This document shows positions 45,283 through 54,982 of a DNA stretch of 64,000 nt, in pieces. The position numbers and the translations under genes are program-made. The stretch comes from Planctomycetota bacterium (GTDB lineage: Bacteria > Planctomycetota > GCA-002687715 > DRQF01), in NCBI GenBank assembly GCA_020639295.1, contig JACKGY010000009.1, positions 165,148 to 229,147 of the forward strand, written 5' to 3'. The stretch's first letter is position 1; the number at the start of each line of letters is the position of its first letter. Below the pieces are notes generated by a model. The model made no database searches, had not been told where the DNA came from, and saw nothing but the letters and a program-made list of their open reading frames with translations.

Positions 45283-45957
45283 TCACTCCTCGCCCGGCGC
45301 CGGCACCGATCGACCGAGCTCGGCCCAGAAGCGTGGCACCGCGGCATCCAGGTCCCGGATCATCGACTCCAGGAAGGCCGCCGTGATCGCCACCAGGCGA
45401 TCGGCGCCGGAGCCGGCCAGTCCCGTGAGCAGCGCCGCTGATTCCGGAGATTCCGAGTCGAAACGATCGTGCAGGAACTCGCGGCCATCGCCGTCGGTGA
45501 GGCGGATCTCGAGATCGACACGGATCTCGGTGGACAGCGCCGGAACGACCGGCAGGATCGTCAGCAGATCGCGGTCGGTCTTCAGGTAGTAGTGGTGGAT
45601 GGTGACGTCGAGCAGGTAGTGCGCGCGGGTCAGGTCCTGCTCGGCGACGAAGGCGCCGGAGGCCTGGAGCTCGCGATAGAACAGCCTCTTCAGGGTCGCC
45701 GGGACCGGGAGCTGGAAGATCTCCTCCGAGTAGTAGCTCTCGTTCAGGTAGTTGAACCGGCCATACTCCCAACCCGGACGTTCGTCGCGCACGTGGCGCA
45801 ACGAGATGGGTCCCCAGGCCGGATGATTCGCGCGATGACTGCTGCGAAAGGCGGCGTCATCGGCGCGGATCGGTTCGCCCGGCAAGCTGCCGCAGCCGCT
45901 CAAGCACACCAGGCTCAGCGCGAGACTCGCGATCACTCTCGACCAGCGCCAGGGCAT
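45283..45957 (-). CDS. Lipoprotein, function unknown
   Basis: Signal peptide with lipobox VIASLALSLVCLSGC. Convergent with the HNH gene, with a 1-nt gap between the stops. Confidence 0.6.
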   Translation of the reverse strand: MPWRWSRVIASLALSLVCLSGCGSLPGEPIRADDAAFRSSHRANHPAWGPISLRHVRDERPGWEYGRFNYLNESYYSEEIFQLPVPATLKRLFYRELQASGAFVAEQDLTRAHYLLDVTIHHYYLKTDRDLLTILPVVPALSTEIRVDLEIRLTDGDGREFLHDRFDSESPESAALLTGLAGSGADRLVAITAAFLESMIRDLDAAVPRFWAELGRSVPAPGEE

Positions 45958-45958
45958 T

Positions 45959-47059
45959 TCAGCTCTCGGCCGTGAGTCGATCCTTGCCGCCGATCAGCCC
46001 GTACTGCGCGAGCCGTACCTGCTTGCGATGGGCGTCGGTGGCCCGACCGATGACCCGCGCCGCGATGCCGTGTTCTTCGGCGATGCGCATGACCTCGGCG
46101 GCCTGGGCCTCGGGAGTCACGACGCAGAAGCCGATGCCCATGTTGAACACCGAGTACATCTCGGCGTCGCTCACCTGGCCGGTCTTCTGGATCAACTGGT
46201 AGATCGGGCCCGGCGTCGGCAGGTCGTCGAGCACGAAACCGACGTCGGCCTGGATGCGGTTCATGTTGCAGAAGCCGTCACCGGTGATGTGCAGCAGGGC
46301 GTTGAGGCGGAGGCCGGCGTCGCGCATGGCCAGCACCGGCTTGACGTAGAGCCGGGTCGGCACGAGCAGCTCGTCCGCCAGGCTGCGACCGAGGCTCGGC
46401 TGCAGCTCGTCCAGCTTCAGGCCACCGCGTTCGAGCAGGACCCGGCGCGCGAGGCTGAAGCCATTCGAATGGAGTCCGCTCGCGGCGAGGCCGACCACGG
46501 CGTCACCGGGGCGCACGTTCTGGCCCAGGTTGATGTCGTCCCAGGCGACCAGGCCCACGGCGGTGCCGACCAGGTCGAGTCCGGCGCTCTTGCCGTGACC
46601 ACGGATGAGCTCCTTGACCTGGGCGATCTCGCCGCCGGGAATGGTGATCCCGCTCTCGCGAGCGCCCGCCAGGAGACCACGGCCGATCTGCTCGAAGCAA
46701 TCGGCGTCGACCTCGCCGACGGCGATGTAGTCCACCAGGGCGAAGGGCTCGGCGCCGACGCAGAGGACGTCGTTCACGTTCATCGCGATCATGTCGATCG
46801 GGATCGTGTCGTAGCGCCCCGCCAGCTCGGCCACGATGATCTTGGTGCCGACGCCATCGGTCGAGATCGCCAGGCCCTGGCCACCGGGCAGCTCGAGGAC
46901 GTTGGCGTAGTAGCCGAGGCCAATGGCCGGGCGGCCGAAGGACGAGCCGTCGCGCAGCCGCAGGCTCTCGTTGATGGAACGCGCGAGGTAGCCGAGCCCG
47001 CCCTGGGCCCGGTTCGTGTCCACGCCGCAGTCGTCGTACTGGAAGCGGTCAGCGCTCAT
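45959..47059 (-). CDS. purM: Phosphoribosylformylglycinamidine cyclo-ligase (AIR synthetase)
   Basis: LAISTDGVGTKI and DMIAMNVNDVLCVGAEP are canonical PurM motifs; GLHSNGFSLAR also fits the family. Confidence 0.93.
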   Translation of the reverse strand: MSADRFQYDDCGVDTNRAQGGLGYLARSINESLRLRDGSSFGRPAIGLGYYANVLELPGGQGLAISTDGVGTKIIVAELAGRYDTIPIDMIAMNVNDVLCVGAEPFALVDYIAVGEVDADCFEQIGRGLLAGARESGITIPGGEIAQVKELIRGHGKSAGLDLVGTAVGLVAWDDINLGQNVRPGDAVVGLAASGLHSNGFSLARRVLLERGGLKLDELQPSLGRSLADELLVPTRLYVKPVLAMRDAGLRLNALLHITGDGFCNMNRIQADVGFVLDDLPTPGPIYQLIQKTGQVSDAEMYSVFNMGIGFCVVTPEAQAAEVMRIAEEHGIAARVIGRATDAHRKQVRLAQYGLIGGKDRLTAES

Positions 47060-47193
47060 CGTTCACCTCGGCAATCCCTGGATCGGGCCAAGATATGGCT
47101 TCGCGGCCGGCCGGGCAAGCGGGGTGGGGCTCCGGGCTTGGCCGGCGCCGGCCGCCGCCGTAGAGTCCGGGCAACCAGCCGGAAAGGAAACCC

Positions 47194-48345
47194 ATGCGCT
47201 TCAGCACCAAGGCCATCCACGTCGGTCAGGAGCCCGAGGCGACGACCGGCGCCGTCGTCGTCCCCATCTTCCAGACCAGCACCTACGCCCAGCCCGACGT
47301 CGGTGTCCACAAGGGCCACGAGTACAGCCGGACCAGCAATCCGACCCGTGACGCCTACCAGGCCTGCATCGCCGCCCTCGAGAACGCCCGGCATGGTTAC
47401 GCCTTCGGCTCCGGCATGGGCGCCATCTCGACCATCATGACCCTGTTCAAGGCGGGCGACCACATCCTGTCCTCGGATGACGTCTACGGCGGCACCTTCC
47501 GGGTCTTCGACAAGGTCTTCCGCAACTTCGGCCTCGACTACTCCTTCGCCGACACCAGCGACCTGGATGCCCTGGCCGCGGCCATCCGACCCGAGACCCG
47601 CATGGTCTGGATCGAGTCGCCCACCAACCCGATGCTGAAGATCAGCGACATCGCCGCGATCGCCGATCTCTGCCACCGGAAGGGCCTGCTGCTCGGCGTC
47701 GACAACACCTTCATGAGCCCCTACTTCCAGCGCCCGCTGGAGCTCGGCGCCGATCTGGTGATGCACAGCAGCACCAAGTATCTCGGTGGCCACTCCGACG
47801 TCGTCGGCGGCGTCGTCTGCACCAATCACGACCAGGTCGCCGAACGGATCAAGTTCTCCCAGAACGCCATGGGCGCGGTCATGGGGCCCTTCGACGCCTG
47901 GCTGACCCTGCGCGGGCTCAAGACCCTGGCCCTGCGCATGGAGCGCCATCAGAAGAACGCGCTGGCGGTGGCCCGCTTCCTCGAGGCCCACGACGATGTC
48001 CGCGAGGTCATCTACCCCGGCCTCGAATCCCATCCGGGTCATGCGTTGCAGGCCAGGCAGGCCCATGGATTCGGCGGCATGATCTCGTTGCGCCTGAAGG
48101 GCGATCTCGAGGCCGCGCGTCGCTTCTGCCGCAGCACGAAGCTCTTCTTCCTCGCCGAGAGCCTCGGCGGCGTCGAGTCCTTGCTCGAGCATCCGGCAAT
48201 CATGACCCATGCCTCCGTGCCGGCGGAAACCCGCGCGGCACTGGGAATTACCGACGATTTCGTTCGCCTCAGCGTCGGCATCGAAGACGAGAACGACCTG
48301 ATCGAGGATCTCGGCCAGGCCCTGGCCGCGATGCGCCATCCTTGA
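47194..48345 (+). CDS. Cystathionine gamma-synthase / beta-lyase family PLP enzyme (Cys/Met metabolism)
   Basis: TKAIHVGQEPEATTGAVVVPIFQTSTY and SSTKYLGGHSDVVGG (PLP lysine) motifs. Confidence 0.9.
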   Translation: MRFSTKAIHVGQEPEATTGAVVVPIFQTSTYAQPDVGVHKGHEYSRTSNPTRDAYQACIAALENARHGYAFGSGMGAISTIMTLFKAGDHILSSDDVYGGTFRVFDKVFRNFGLDYSFADTSDLDALAAAIRPETRMVWIESPTNPMLKISDIAAIADLCHRKGLLLGVDNTFMSPYFQRPLELGADLVMHSSTKYLGGHSDVVGGVVCTNHDQVAERIKFSQNAMGAVMGPFDAWLTLRGLKTLALRMERHQKNALAVARFLEAHDDVREVIYPGLESHPGHALQARQAHGFGGMISLRLKGDLEAARRFCRSTKLFFLAESLGGVESLLEHPAIMTHASVPAETRAALGITDDFVRLSVGIEDENDLIEDLGQALAAMRHP

Positions 48346-48373
48346 CAGATCCGGGGCCTCTTTGGTCTCATTC

Positions 48374-48787
48374 ATGATCCCTGAGCGTCCCCCGGAGGTC
48401 TCCGTGAACCGATTCCTCGATAGCCGAGAACTGATTCGCCGTCTGAAGGAAGGTTCCCCGATCGAGGTGGAGGGCGATGTCGTGCGTCTGCCCAGGTTCA
48501 CCGAGATCAAGGAGTCCGACCCGGCCGAATTCGGCGCCCGGGGCAATCACGAGCTGATCGTGGCCAAGGCCCGGACCGCGACCTGGTGCCTCTGGCCGCT
48601 CGATCGCAAGGCGACCTTCTCGGCCAACGACGGCAAGAAGTTCGTCAAGATCCTCGACGCCATCGGCGAGACCATTCCCCAGAAGCCGGTGAAGGGCTGG
48701 GTGCTCACCACCGCGCCGGTGGCCGAGGACGCGCGCGAACTCCTCAACGAGGCCGATCACCGGATCAACCGGATCGAGATCGCCTGA
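48374..48787 (+). CDS. Hypothetical protein (137 aa)
   Basis: ATG at 48374; the track starts at a TTG at 48362. Composition looks coding. No recognisable motif. Confidence 0.5.
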   Translation: MIPERPPEVSVNRFLDSRELIRRLKEGSPIEVEGDVVRLPRFTEIKESDPAEFGARGNHELIVAKARTATWCLWPLDRKATFSANDGKKFVKILDAIGETIPQKPVKGWVLTTAPVAEDARELLNEADHRINRIEIA

Positions 48788-48804
48788 ACCGCCGAACTCC
48801 ATGA

Positions 48805-48850
48805 GACGACCAGCGGCCCCGCGTCGACCGGACACGGGGCCGCGGTCGTC
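48805..48850. terminator. Long GC hairpin between convergent genes
   Basis: GACGACCAGCGGCCCCG (48805-48821) pairs with CGGGGCCGCGGTCGTC (48835-48850). This gives a 16-bp stem with one bulged A and a 13-nt loop. No U-tract. Confidence 0.45.
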
Positions 48851-48868
48851 GAGGGCGTCCGGTTCGGG

Positions 48869-49603
48869 TCAGAAGCGGCGCCGCGGCGCGTGGGTGTAGC
48901 GGCAGTAGGGACAGCGCAGGGCGTCGAGTCCGAAGACGCGGGCGTAACCCTGAGAACGGTGGACGCGTACGTCGTCGCCGCTATCCAGATCGAGAACCTT
49001 GGGGTTGTTGTCCGCCGTCATGCTGGCGGGCCCGCGGATGATCTCCACCAGCAACTCGTCGCCCTCATCGAGCACCAGGTGGTTGTTGAACTCGGTGCAG
49101 TTGTTGAAGGCGATGCCGATGCCATTGCGGAAGGTCGTGTTGGTGATGCTGCGGAAGTAGGCCGAGCTGCCGAAGGGGGTCGAGATCACCAGGCCGTCCC
49201 CGATGACCTCGTCGGTGGCTCGCTCGCCGTTGACGCTGACGATGAAGCGCACGGCGCTGCGCAGGTCGGCGTTGCGGATCAGGATGTCGTTGAGGCCGGT
49301 GACCTTGTGCCCGCGAACCGAGGCCTCGAGCTTGATCAGGCGGGTCTCCTGCAGCTCGCCCCGCATCAGGCGTTCGAGCATCGCCCGGTCGCCATGACGC
49401 GCGCACTTCACGCAGCTGGTGCCGTCACGGATCGGCAGCTTCGGCACGCCCGGGTATTCGATCTCGGCGCCGATCAGCGTCCCGTCACCGCCATAGGTGA
49501 CCAGGGCGTCGGCCTGGCGGGGATCCTGGACGATCTCGAAGCCCAGCTGGCGCAGCAGGGAGTCGACGTCGGCCGCATTGGTTCCCAGGATCCCGAGCTT
49601 CAT
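48869..49603 (-). CDS. nadK: NAD(+) kinase
   Basis: ADALVTYGGDGTLIGAE (GGDG motif) and the NE/D region VSTPFGSSAYFRS-like ISTPFGSSAYFRSI. Confidence 0.85.
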   Translation of the reverse strand: MKLGILGTNAADVDSLLRQLGFEIVQDPRQADALVTYGGDGTLIGAEIEYPGVPKLPIRDGTSCVKCARHGDRAMLERLMRGELQETRLIKLEASVRGHKVTGLNDILIRNADLRSAVRFIVSVNGERATDEVIGDGLVISTPFGSSAYFRSITNTTFRNGIGIAFNNCTEFNNHLVLDEGDELLVEIIRGPASMTADNNPKVLDLDSGDDVRVHRSQGYARVFGLDALRCPYCRYTHAPRRRF

Positions 49604-49657
49604 GACGGCGTCATGAGAACCCCAATCGCCCCGGAGCGCAAGATGGGGGGCGCGGGC

Positions 49658-50761
49658 TCAGCGGAGCTTCAGGGTCGCGACCGAAAGGACGGCGCAGAGG
49701 AGGGAGACGATCCAGAAGCGGAGGACCACCTTGGTCTCGGCCAGACCCTGGTGCTGATAGGAGTGGTGGGCCGGGGCGCGGAAGAAGAAGCGTCGCCCGA
49801 GCCAGCGGATGCCGACGTAGTCCTGGAACAGGACCGAGAAGGCCTCGAACACGAAGATGCCGCCGGCGATCAGGAAGAGGAGCTCCTGCTTGGACAGCAC
49901 CGCGATGGCCGCGAGGCTGCCGCCGAGCGCCTGGGAGCCGGTGTCGCCCATGAACATCTGGGCCGGGTAGCCATTGAACCAGAGGAAGCCGAAACAGGCG
50001 CCCACCACCGCCGCGGCGAAGATCGCCACGTCCTGGATGCCGTCGATCTCGGCGAAACCGAAGGTCTTGGCGGCCAGGACGTTCCAGGACAGGTAGGCGA
50101 AGAAGCCGAACACGGCCGCGGTCATCGCGCTGGGCAGGACCGCCAGGCCGTCGAGGCCGTCGGCGAAGTTGATCGCGTTGGTGATCGCGACGATGGCGAA
50201 GACGACGAAGAAGGGATAGAGCAGGCCGAGGTCGAGCGAAGCCTCAGCGGGAAAGGGCATGATCAGGCGGGTCCGCAGCTCGGGTGAGAAGGGTGACGAG
50301 CCCTCGGCGCCGATCATCAGCGCGAAGAAGGCGGCGAAGGCGAGCTGGAGCAGGATCTTCAGGCTTCGCGACATGCCGCCGTCGCTCGACTGGCGGCGCA
50401 CCTTGAGCAGGTCGTCGAGCACGCCCAGGCCGCCGTACCACAGGGTCGTGAGCACCATCAGACCGCTGATTCCCGACTCCAGGTCGCAGAAGGCGGTCGC
50501 CCCGACCGTGATCGCCGCCACGATCAGGATGCCGCCCATCGTCGGCGTCCCGGTCTTGCTGTGCGAGAAGTAGCTGTCGTAGTCGCGCACGCGGTCGCGG
50601 AAGCCCCGGCGGTAGAGGAGGGCGGCGACGCGCCGGCCGGCGAGGAAGACCACCAGGAAGGACAGGATGAAGGCACCGACCGAGCGCACCATCACCGGCG
50701 CCGTGGGCAGGAAGATGCGGATGAAGTCGGGCACCATCAGGTCGTAGAGCCAGGGGATCAC
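49658..50761 (-). CDS. mraY: Phospho-N-acetylmuramoyl-pentapeptide transferase
   Basis: SKTGTPTMGGILI, NAINFADGLDGLA and FMGDTGSQALGG motifs. The start overlaps the stop of the upstream fusion ORF (ATGA). Confidence 0.93.
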   Translation of the reverse strand: MIPWLYDLMVPDFIRIFLPTAPVMVRSVGAFILSFLVVFLAGRRVAALLYRRGFRDRVRDYDSYFSHSKTGTPTMGGILIVAAITVGATAFCDLESGISGLMVLTTLWYGGLGVLDDLLKVRRQSSDGGMSRSLKILLQLAFAAFFALMIGAEGSSPFSPELRTRLIMPFPAEASLDLGLLYPFFVVFAIVAITNAINFADGLDGLAVLPSAMTAAVFGFFAYLSWNVLAAKTFGFAEIDGIQDVAIFAAAVVGACFGFLWFNGYPAQMFMGDTGSQALGGSLAAIAVLSKQELLFLIAGGIFVFEAFSVLFQDYVGIRWLGRRFFFRAPAHHSYQHQGLAETKVVLRFWIVSLLCAVLSVATLKLR

Positions 50762-53700
50762 GCACCGTCCTCCATGGCGCGGCCGTCCGCCTCGCCGCTC
50801 AGGGCCTTGCGCAGGCCGGCCAGGGTCTCCTTCAGCTCGAAGGAAGGCGTGAAGGAGTCGCAGGTGACCAGGAGGTCGTCGAGTCGCGAGCGCAGGAGAT
50901 CACGATCCTCGATCACGCCGCGGCGGTAGAGGTCGTGGTAGGCGCGGACGACGGCATGCCGCACCCGCCAGTTCGGATGGTAGTGGAGCTGGCGGAGCAC
51001 CTCGGCGACGCCGGCGTCCAGGGCGGCCGCCGCCAGGCCGCGGACCGCCTCCTTGGCCACCTCGAAGTTGCGCTCGAGGGCCATGGTCTTGAGCCGGCGC
51101 AGGGCGAGGCGGCGACCGGCCGGGCTCAGCTCCTTGGCGTAGAACGCGATCGCCTGGCAGGCCGTGGAACGGACCTCGAAGTAGGGATCGGTCATCGCCA
51201 TCAGGAGCGCCCGCTCGACGTCCTCGTCGAGGGTCTCGAGCTGACGGAGCGAATGCAGGGCGTTGCGCCGGACGAAGCCCGGCTCGGCGAAGTCGCCGCC
51301 GAAGAGGCGCTGCGCCAGCGGCGCGGGCCGGCGATCGGTCACGATCGAGACCAGCTGATAGCGCAGCGACTTGATCTTGAGCAGGCCCACCAGCTTGACG
51401 CCGATGTTGCGCTGCTTCCAGTTGGGCTTGGCGAGGAACTGCTTCACCCGGCCGGTCAGGTTGGCGTCGCGAACGCTCTCCGGATGGTTGAGCGCCAGGC
51501 CGAGGAGCTGCTCCGGGCGCAGGCAGTGGACGTTCATGTGGCGCGGGTCGACGCGCTCGCGCCGCGGCAGCCGCGGCATCAGCCGGGAGAACCTCGCCAT
51601 GACCTCGTCGAGTTCGGCCGAGCGCAGCGCCCAGCAGACACCGAGGTAGGCCGGCAGGGCGGCGAGGATCGGGGTACCGAGGACGACCAGGCGGGACAGG
51701 AGATCGGGCAGGGCGTCGAAGCCCTTCACCACCTGGAGGCAGAGGTAGGCGGCGAGGGCGGCGAAGGCGGCGCCGACCAGCGCGCGCCAGAGCGAGGGCA
51801 GGACGTCCTTCCACTCGAAGCCGAGGCCGTCGGCGTTCAGCTTGCGCCGGAGGTGGCCGACCCGGAAGGCGGCATTGGCCATGAACGCGATGGTGGTGCC
51901 GAGGGCCACGCCGCCGATGCCGAAGCCGGCCGCCACCAGGGCCAGGCTCGTGCCCACGTTCACCACGACCGCGCCGAGGTTGATCAGTACCGCCTGACCG
52001 ATCTCGAGCCGGGCGGCGTAGAAGCGGCCCATCAGGCCCTGGATGCCCCAGCCGACCAGGCCGAGCGCGTAGCAGGCGAAGGCGGTCGCGACCGCCCGCG
52101 CATCGCCCCGACTGAAGACGCCGTGGCGCAGGAGGAAGTCGACGATCGGCTGCGCCATCACCACCATCACCGCCGAGATCGGCAGCAGGAGGAAGGCGTT
52201 CCAGGCGATGCCGCTGGTGACGATCCGGCGGCAGGCGTCCTGGTCGCGCGCGGCCTGGCGTTCCGAGTACTCGCGCAGGGCCACGGTGTTGATCGACTGG
52301 GCCACCAGGGCGAAGGGGAGCTGGAACAGCACCATGCCGTAGTAGAGCGCCGAGACCCCGCCGATCGCGAGGCGCGAGACGATGGCCAGGTCGACCAGGG
52401 TCGAGATCTTGGTGATGCCGACGTCGGCGACGATCTTGGGCGCCGCCGCCCGCAGCTTGCGCATGCCCGGTTCGCGCCAGCCCAGCGCCGGTCGCAGGGA
52501 GATTCCCGTGCGCGTCCGCATCGTCGAGGACAGCAGCACCGGGAGCTGGACCACGAGCTGGCCGAGGCCACCGGCCAGCAGGCCGATGCCGATCGCCGAC
52601 AGGCCGAAGCGCGGATAGGCGAGGGCGCCGCCGATCAGGCCGACGCTGAACATCACCGAGGAATAGGCCGGCGCGGCGAAGCGGCCATGCGCCTTGAGGA
52701 TCGCGGCGACGATGGCCGCGAGGGTGACGAAGACCAGATAGGGCTGCATCAGCCGGGTGAGGGCGATGGCGTCGCCGAGGAAGCCCTTGGCGGCGAAGCC
52801 GGGCACGATCAAGGGCAGCCACCAGGGCGTGGTGGCGATCAGCGCCAGGCTGGCGAGGCAGGTGAGCAGGAGGCCCCAGCTCAGGGTCGAGCGCAGGAAG
52901 CGCCGGGCCTCGTCCGCGCGGCCGCCACCCTTCAGCATCATGTAGGTGGGCAGGATGGTGGCGTCGACCGCGTTCTCGGCGAAGACGCCGCGGAAGAGAT
53001 TCGCCGCGCCCAGGCTGGCGGCGACGATGTCCATCACCCGGCCGGCGCCGAAGGTGCTGGCCAGGACCACCTCGCGGACCAGGCCGCAGAGCCGCGACAG
53101 CAAGGTCCCGAGACCGGTCACCAGGACGCTGGCCACGACCCGGCCGTGGCGAGGCTCGAGCTCGCGGGTCTCGATGCGGGCATTGAAGCGCAGGACCTGG
53201 TCGCCCAGCCGCAGGTGCTGGCCGGCGATCAGCCGGTGCGGTCCGTCGACCGGCTCGTCCTCGACCCGGATCTCGCCGGCGCGTCGGAACAGGGTGAAGA
53301 CGGTGGTCTCGCGGTTGTGTCCGGTGCGCCGGATGAGGGCGCGCGCGCCGCGCGCCGCGCTGCCGACCCGGACGTCGGCGGCCGCGGAGTCGGCCACCAG
53401 CGTGACCGGGAAGAAGAGCTCCTCGGTGCTGCCGTCCTCGCGCTCGAGGCTGCCGACGAGTACCTGGGTGCTGGTCGGTCCGGGGCGGCGGCGCTGGCTG
53501 GCCAGCTCGCGGACGAGCCGGGCGTTCGCCGGCCCGGCGTCCGGAACGGCCAGGTTCCGGGCCGAGCGGGCCATCCGCTCCAGGCGCTCCGGGTCACCGA
53601 GGAGGTCGCGCACCTTGCGGGCGAGCTGGTCGCCATGGACGCGGGTGATGGTGCCCTCGGCGGCCTCGTACATCTCCTCGAAGAGCACCTCGGCGCTGCC

Positions 53701-54663
53701 GCGCTCCTTGAGGGAAACGGCGTTGACCAGCTGATGGTCGTCGGCTCCGTCGCTCTTGGGGATCAGGAGCGCCGGCTTGCCCAGCACGGCCAGCTCCATG
53801 ACCACGCCCGCGCCGGCCCGGGTGACCACGAGGTCGGAGGCGGCATAGGCGTCCTCGATCTGATCGAAGTAGCGCTTCAGGATGTAGCGGTTCTTCTTGT
53901 CCTCGGGCACCTCGGCGGCGCGCAGGCGGTCGTTCGTGTCCTTCCAGGCGTCGTAGTAGGCGTTCTCGGTCAGGCCGGTGCTGTGGATGAGGGTGACCCG
54001 CTCGTCTTCGAGCAGCCGGTTGAGGCCTTCGACCGTGGCCCGGTTGATCGAGCGCGAGCCCATGGAGCCGCCAAGGACGAAGGCCACCTGCTGATCACGC
54101 GGGATGCGCAGTCGTTCCCGCGCGGCCATCCGGTCGCCGGCGGCGATCCGGCGGCGGACCGGGTAGCCGGTGAGGACCGCGCGGTCCTTGGGGAAGTAGC
54201 CGAGGGTCTCCTCGAAGCTGACGCCGATCCGGCTGGCGAAGCGCGCCAGGAGCATGTTGGCCTTGCCGGGCTTGACGTTCTGTTCGTGCAGGAAGATCGG
54301 CCGGCGGAGCAGCGCCGCCGCCAGCACCGCGGGCACCGAGACGTAGCCGCCGGTGGCGATCACGACCTGCGGCCGGAAGCGGAGGATCAACACGAGGGAA
54401 CGCAGGCTGGCGTAGAGGAGCGAGAGGGCGAAGATCAGGAAGGCGCGCGGTCGTCGCGGCGAGGCGAAGGGCCGGGCGGGGATCGCCACGAAGGGGATCT
54501 TGGCGCCCTCGGTGATCTTGCGCTCCGGACCCCGCCCGGAGCCGACGTAGAGAAGGACCGACTCCGGCTCCTGCTCGAGGATCTCCCGGCTGATGGCCAG
54601 ATTCGGCATCACGTGGCCGCCGGTACCGCCGCCCGTGAAGAGATAGCGCTTGCCCTCGGTCAA
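50758..54663 (-). CDS. Fusion protein: MurG-like GT28 glycosyltransferase, FHA-like linker, MurJ (MviN) lipid II flippase, HEAT-repeat C-terminal domain
   Basis: One uninterrupted 1301-codon ORF. Residues 1-390 are MurG-like: YLFTGGGTGGHVMPNLAIS, FLHEQNV, VTRAGAGVVMELAVLGKPALLIP. Residues about 400-495 form a beta-rich segment ending LIAGQHLRLGDQVLRF. Residues about 508-1025 are MurJ-like: LLSRLCGLVREVVLASTFGAGRVMDIVAASLGAANLFRGVFAENAVDATILP plus about 14 TM helices. Residues about 1075-1250 hold HEAT-like repeats (DPYFEVRSTACQAIA, HPNWRVRHAVVRAY). Confidence 0.85.
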   Translation of the reverse strand: MTEGKRYLFTGGGTGGHVMPNLAISREILEQEPESVLLYVGSGRGPERKITEGAKIPFVAIPARPFASPRRPRAFLIFALSLLYASLRSLVLILRFRPQVVIATGGYVSVPAVLAAALLRRPIFLHEQNVKPGKANMLLARFASRIGVSFEETLGYFPKDRAVLTGYPVRRRIAAGDRMAARERLRIPRDQQVAFVLGGSMGSRSINRATVEGLNRLLEDERVTLIHSTGLTENAYYDAWKDTNDRLRAAEVPEDKKNRYILKRYFDQIEDAYAASDLVVTRAGAGVVMELAVLGKPALLIPKSDGADDHQLVNAVSLKERGSAEVLFEEMYEAAEGTITRVHGDQLARKVRDLLGDPERLERMARSARNLAVPDAGPANARLVRELASQRRRPGPTSTQVLVGSLEREDGSTEELFFPVTLVADSAAADVRVGSAARGARALIRRTGHNRETTVFTLFRRAGEIRVEDEPVDGPHRLIAGQHLRLGDQVLRFNARIETRELEPRHGRVVASVLVTGLGTLLSRLCGLVREVVLASTFGAGRVMDIVAASLGAANLFRGVFAENAVDATILPTYMMLKGGGRADEARRFLRSTLSWGLLLTCLASLALIATTPWWLPLIVPGFAAKGFLGDAIALTRLMQPYLVFVTLAAIVAAILKAHGRFAAPAYSSVMFSVGLIGGALAYPRFGLSAIGIGLLAGGLGQLVVQLPVLLSSTMRTRTGISLRPALGWREPGMRKLRAAAPKIVADVGITKISTLVDLAIVSRLAIGGVSALYYGMVLFQLPFALVAQSINTVALREYSERQAARDQDACRRIVTSGIAWNAFLLLPISAVMVVMAQPIVDFLLRHGVFSRGDARAVATAFACYALGLVGWGIQGLMGRFYAARLEIGQAVLINLGAVVVNVGTSLALVAAGFGIGGVALGTTIAFMANAAFRVGHLRRKLNADGLGFEWKDVLPSLWRALVGAAFAALAAYLCLQVVKGFDALPDLLSRLVVLGTPILAALPAYLGVCWALRSAELDEVMARFSRLMPRLPRRERVDPRHMNVHCLRPEQLLGLALNHPESVRDANLTGRVKQFLAKPNWKQRNIGVKLVGLLKIKSLRYQLVSIVTDRRPAPLAQRLFGGDFAEPGFVRRNALHSLRQLETLDEDVERALLMAMTDPYFEVRSTACQAIAFYAKELSPAGRRLALRRLKTMALERNFEVAKEAVRGLAAAALDAGVAEVLRQLHYHPNWRVRHAVVRAYHDLYRRGVIEDRDLLRSRLDDLLVTCDSFTPSFELKETLAGLRKALSGEADGRAMEDGA

Positions 54664-54982
54664 GACCGTCCCCTGCCCGCGCCGGGGCGCCCTCGAGGAC
54701 CCCCGCCGCCATTCCCGTCGCCCGCGTCGCCGCGCCGCGCATCCTGCTGGCGTTCAAGACCTTGTCCGCGAGTCCGCCCCGGGGCCCGCGCGGCCGAGAA
54801 CACGGTCCGAGGATAGCCGGGGGAGGGGGCAGCCGGGACGCTCGCCCGGGCTGCGGACGGGCCGCAGCCCAGGGCCGGCAAGGGTCCTCGCGGCGCTTTG
54901 ACCGAGGAGCTTCTGGTCAGTCGCCCGCGGAAAGGTCAAGGTGGGGAGCAGCGTTCGTCACGACATCCCAGGGAGCAGCGTC

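Noticed and set aside
47296-47312. Additional near-consensus DnaA-box strings inside genes, such as GTGTCCACA at about 47303 in the cystathionine gamma-synthase family gene and GGTCCACAA at about 37473 in the HPr-domain gene
   Set aside because: GTCCAC/GTGGAC is produced frequently by Val-Asp and Val-His codons in this GC-rich coding DNA. Isolated intragenic hits are expected by chance and are not clustered.
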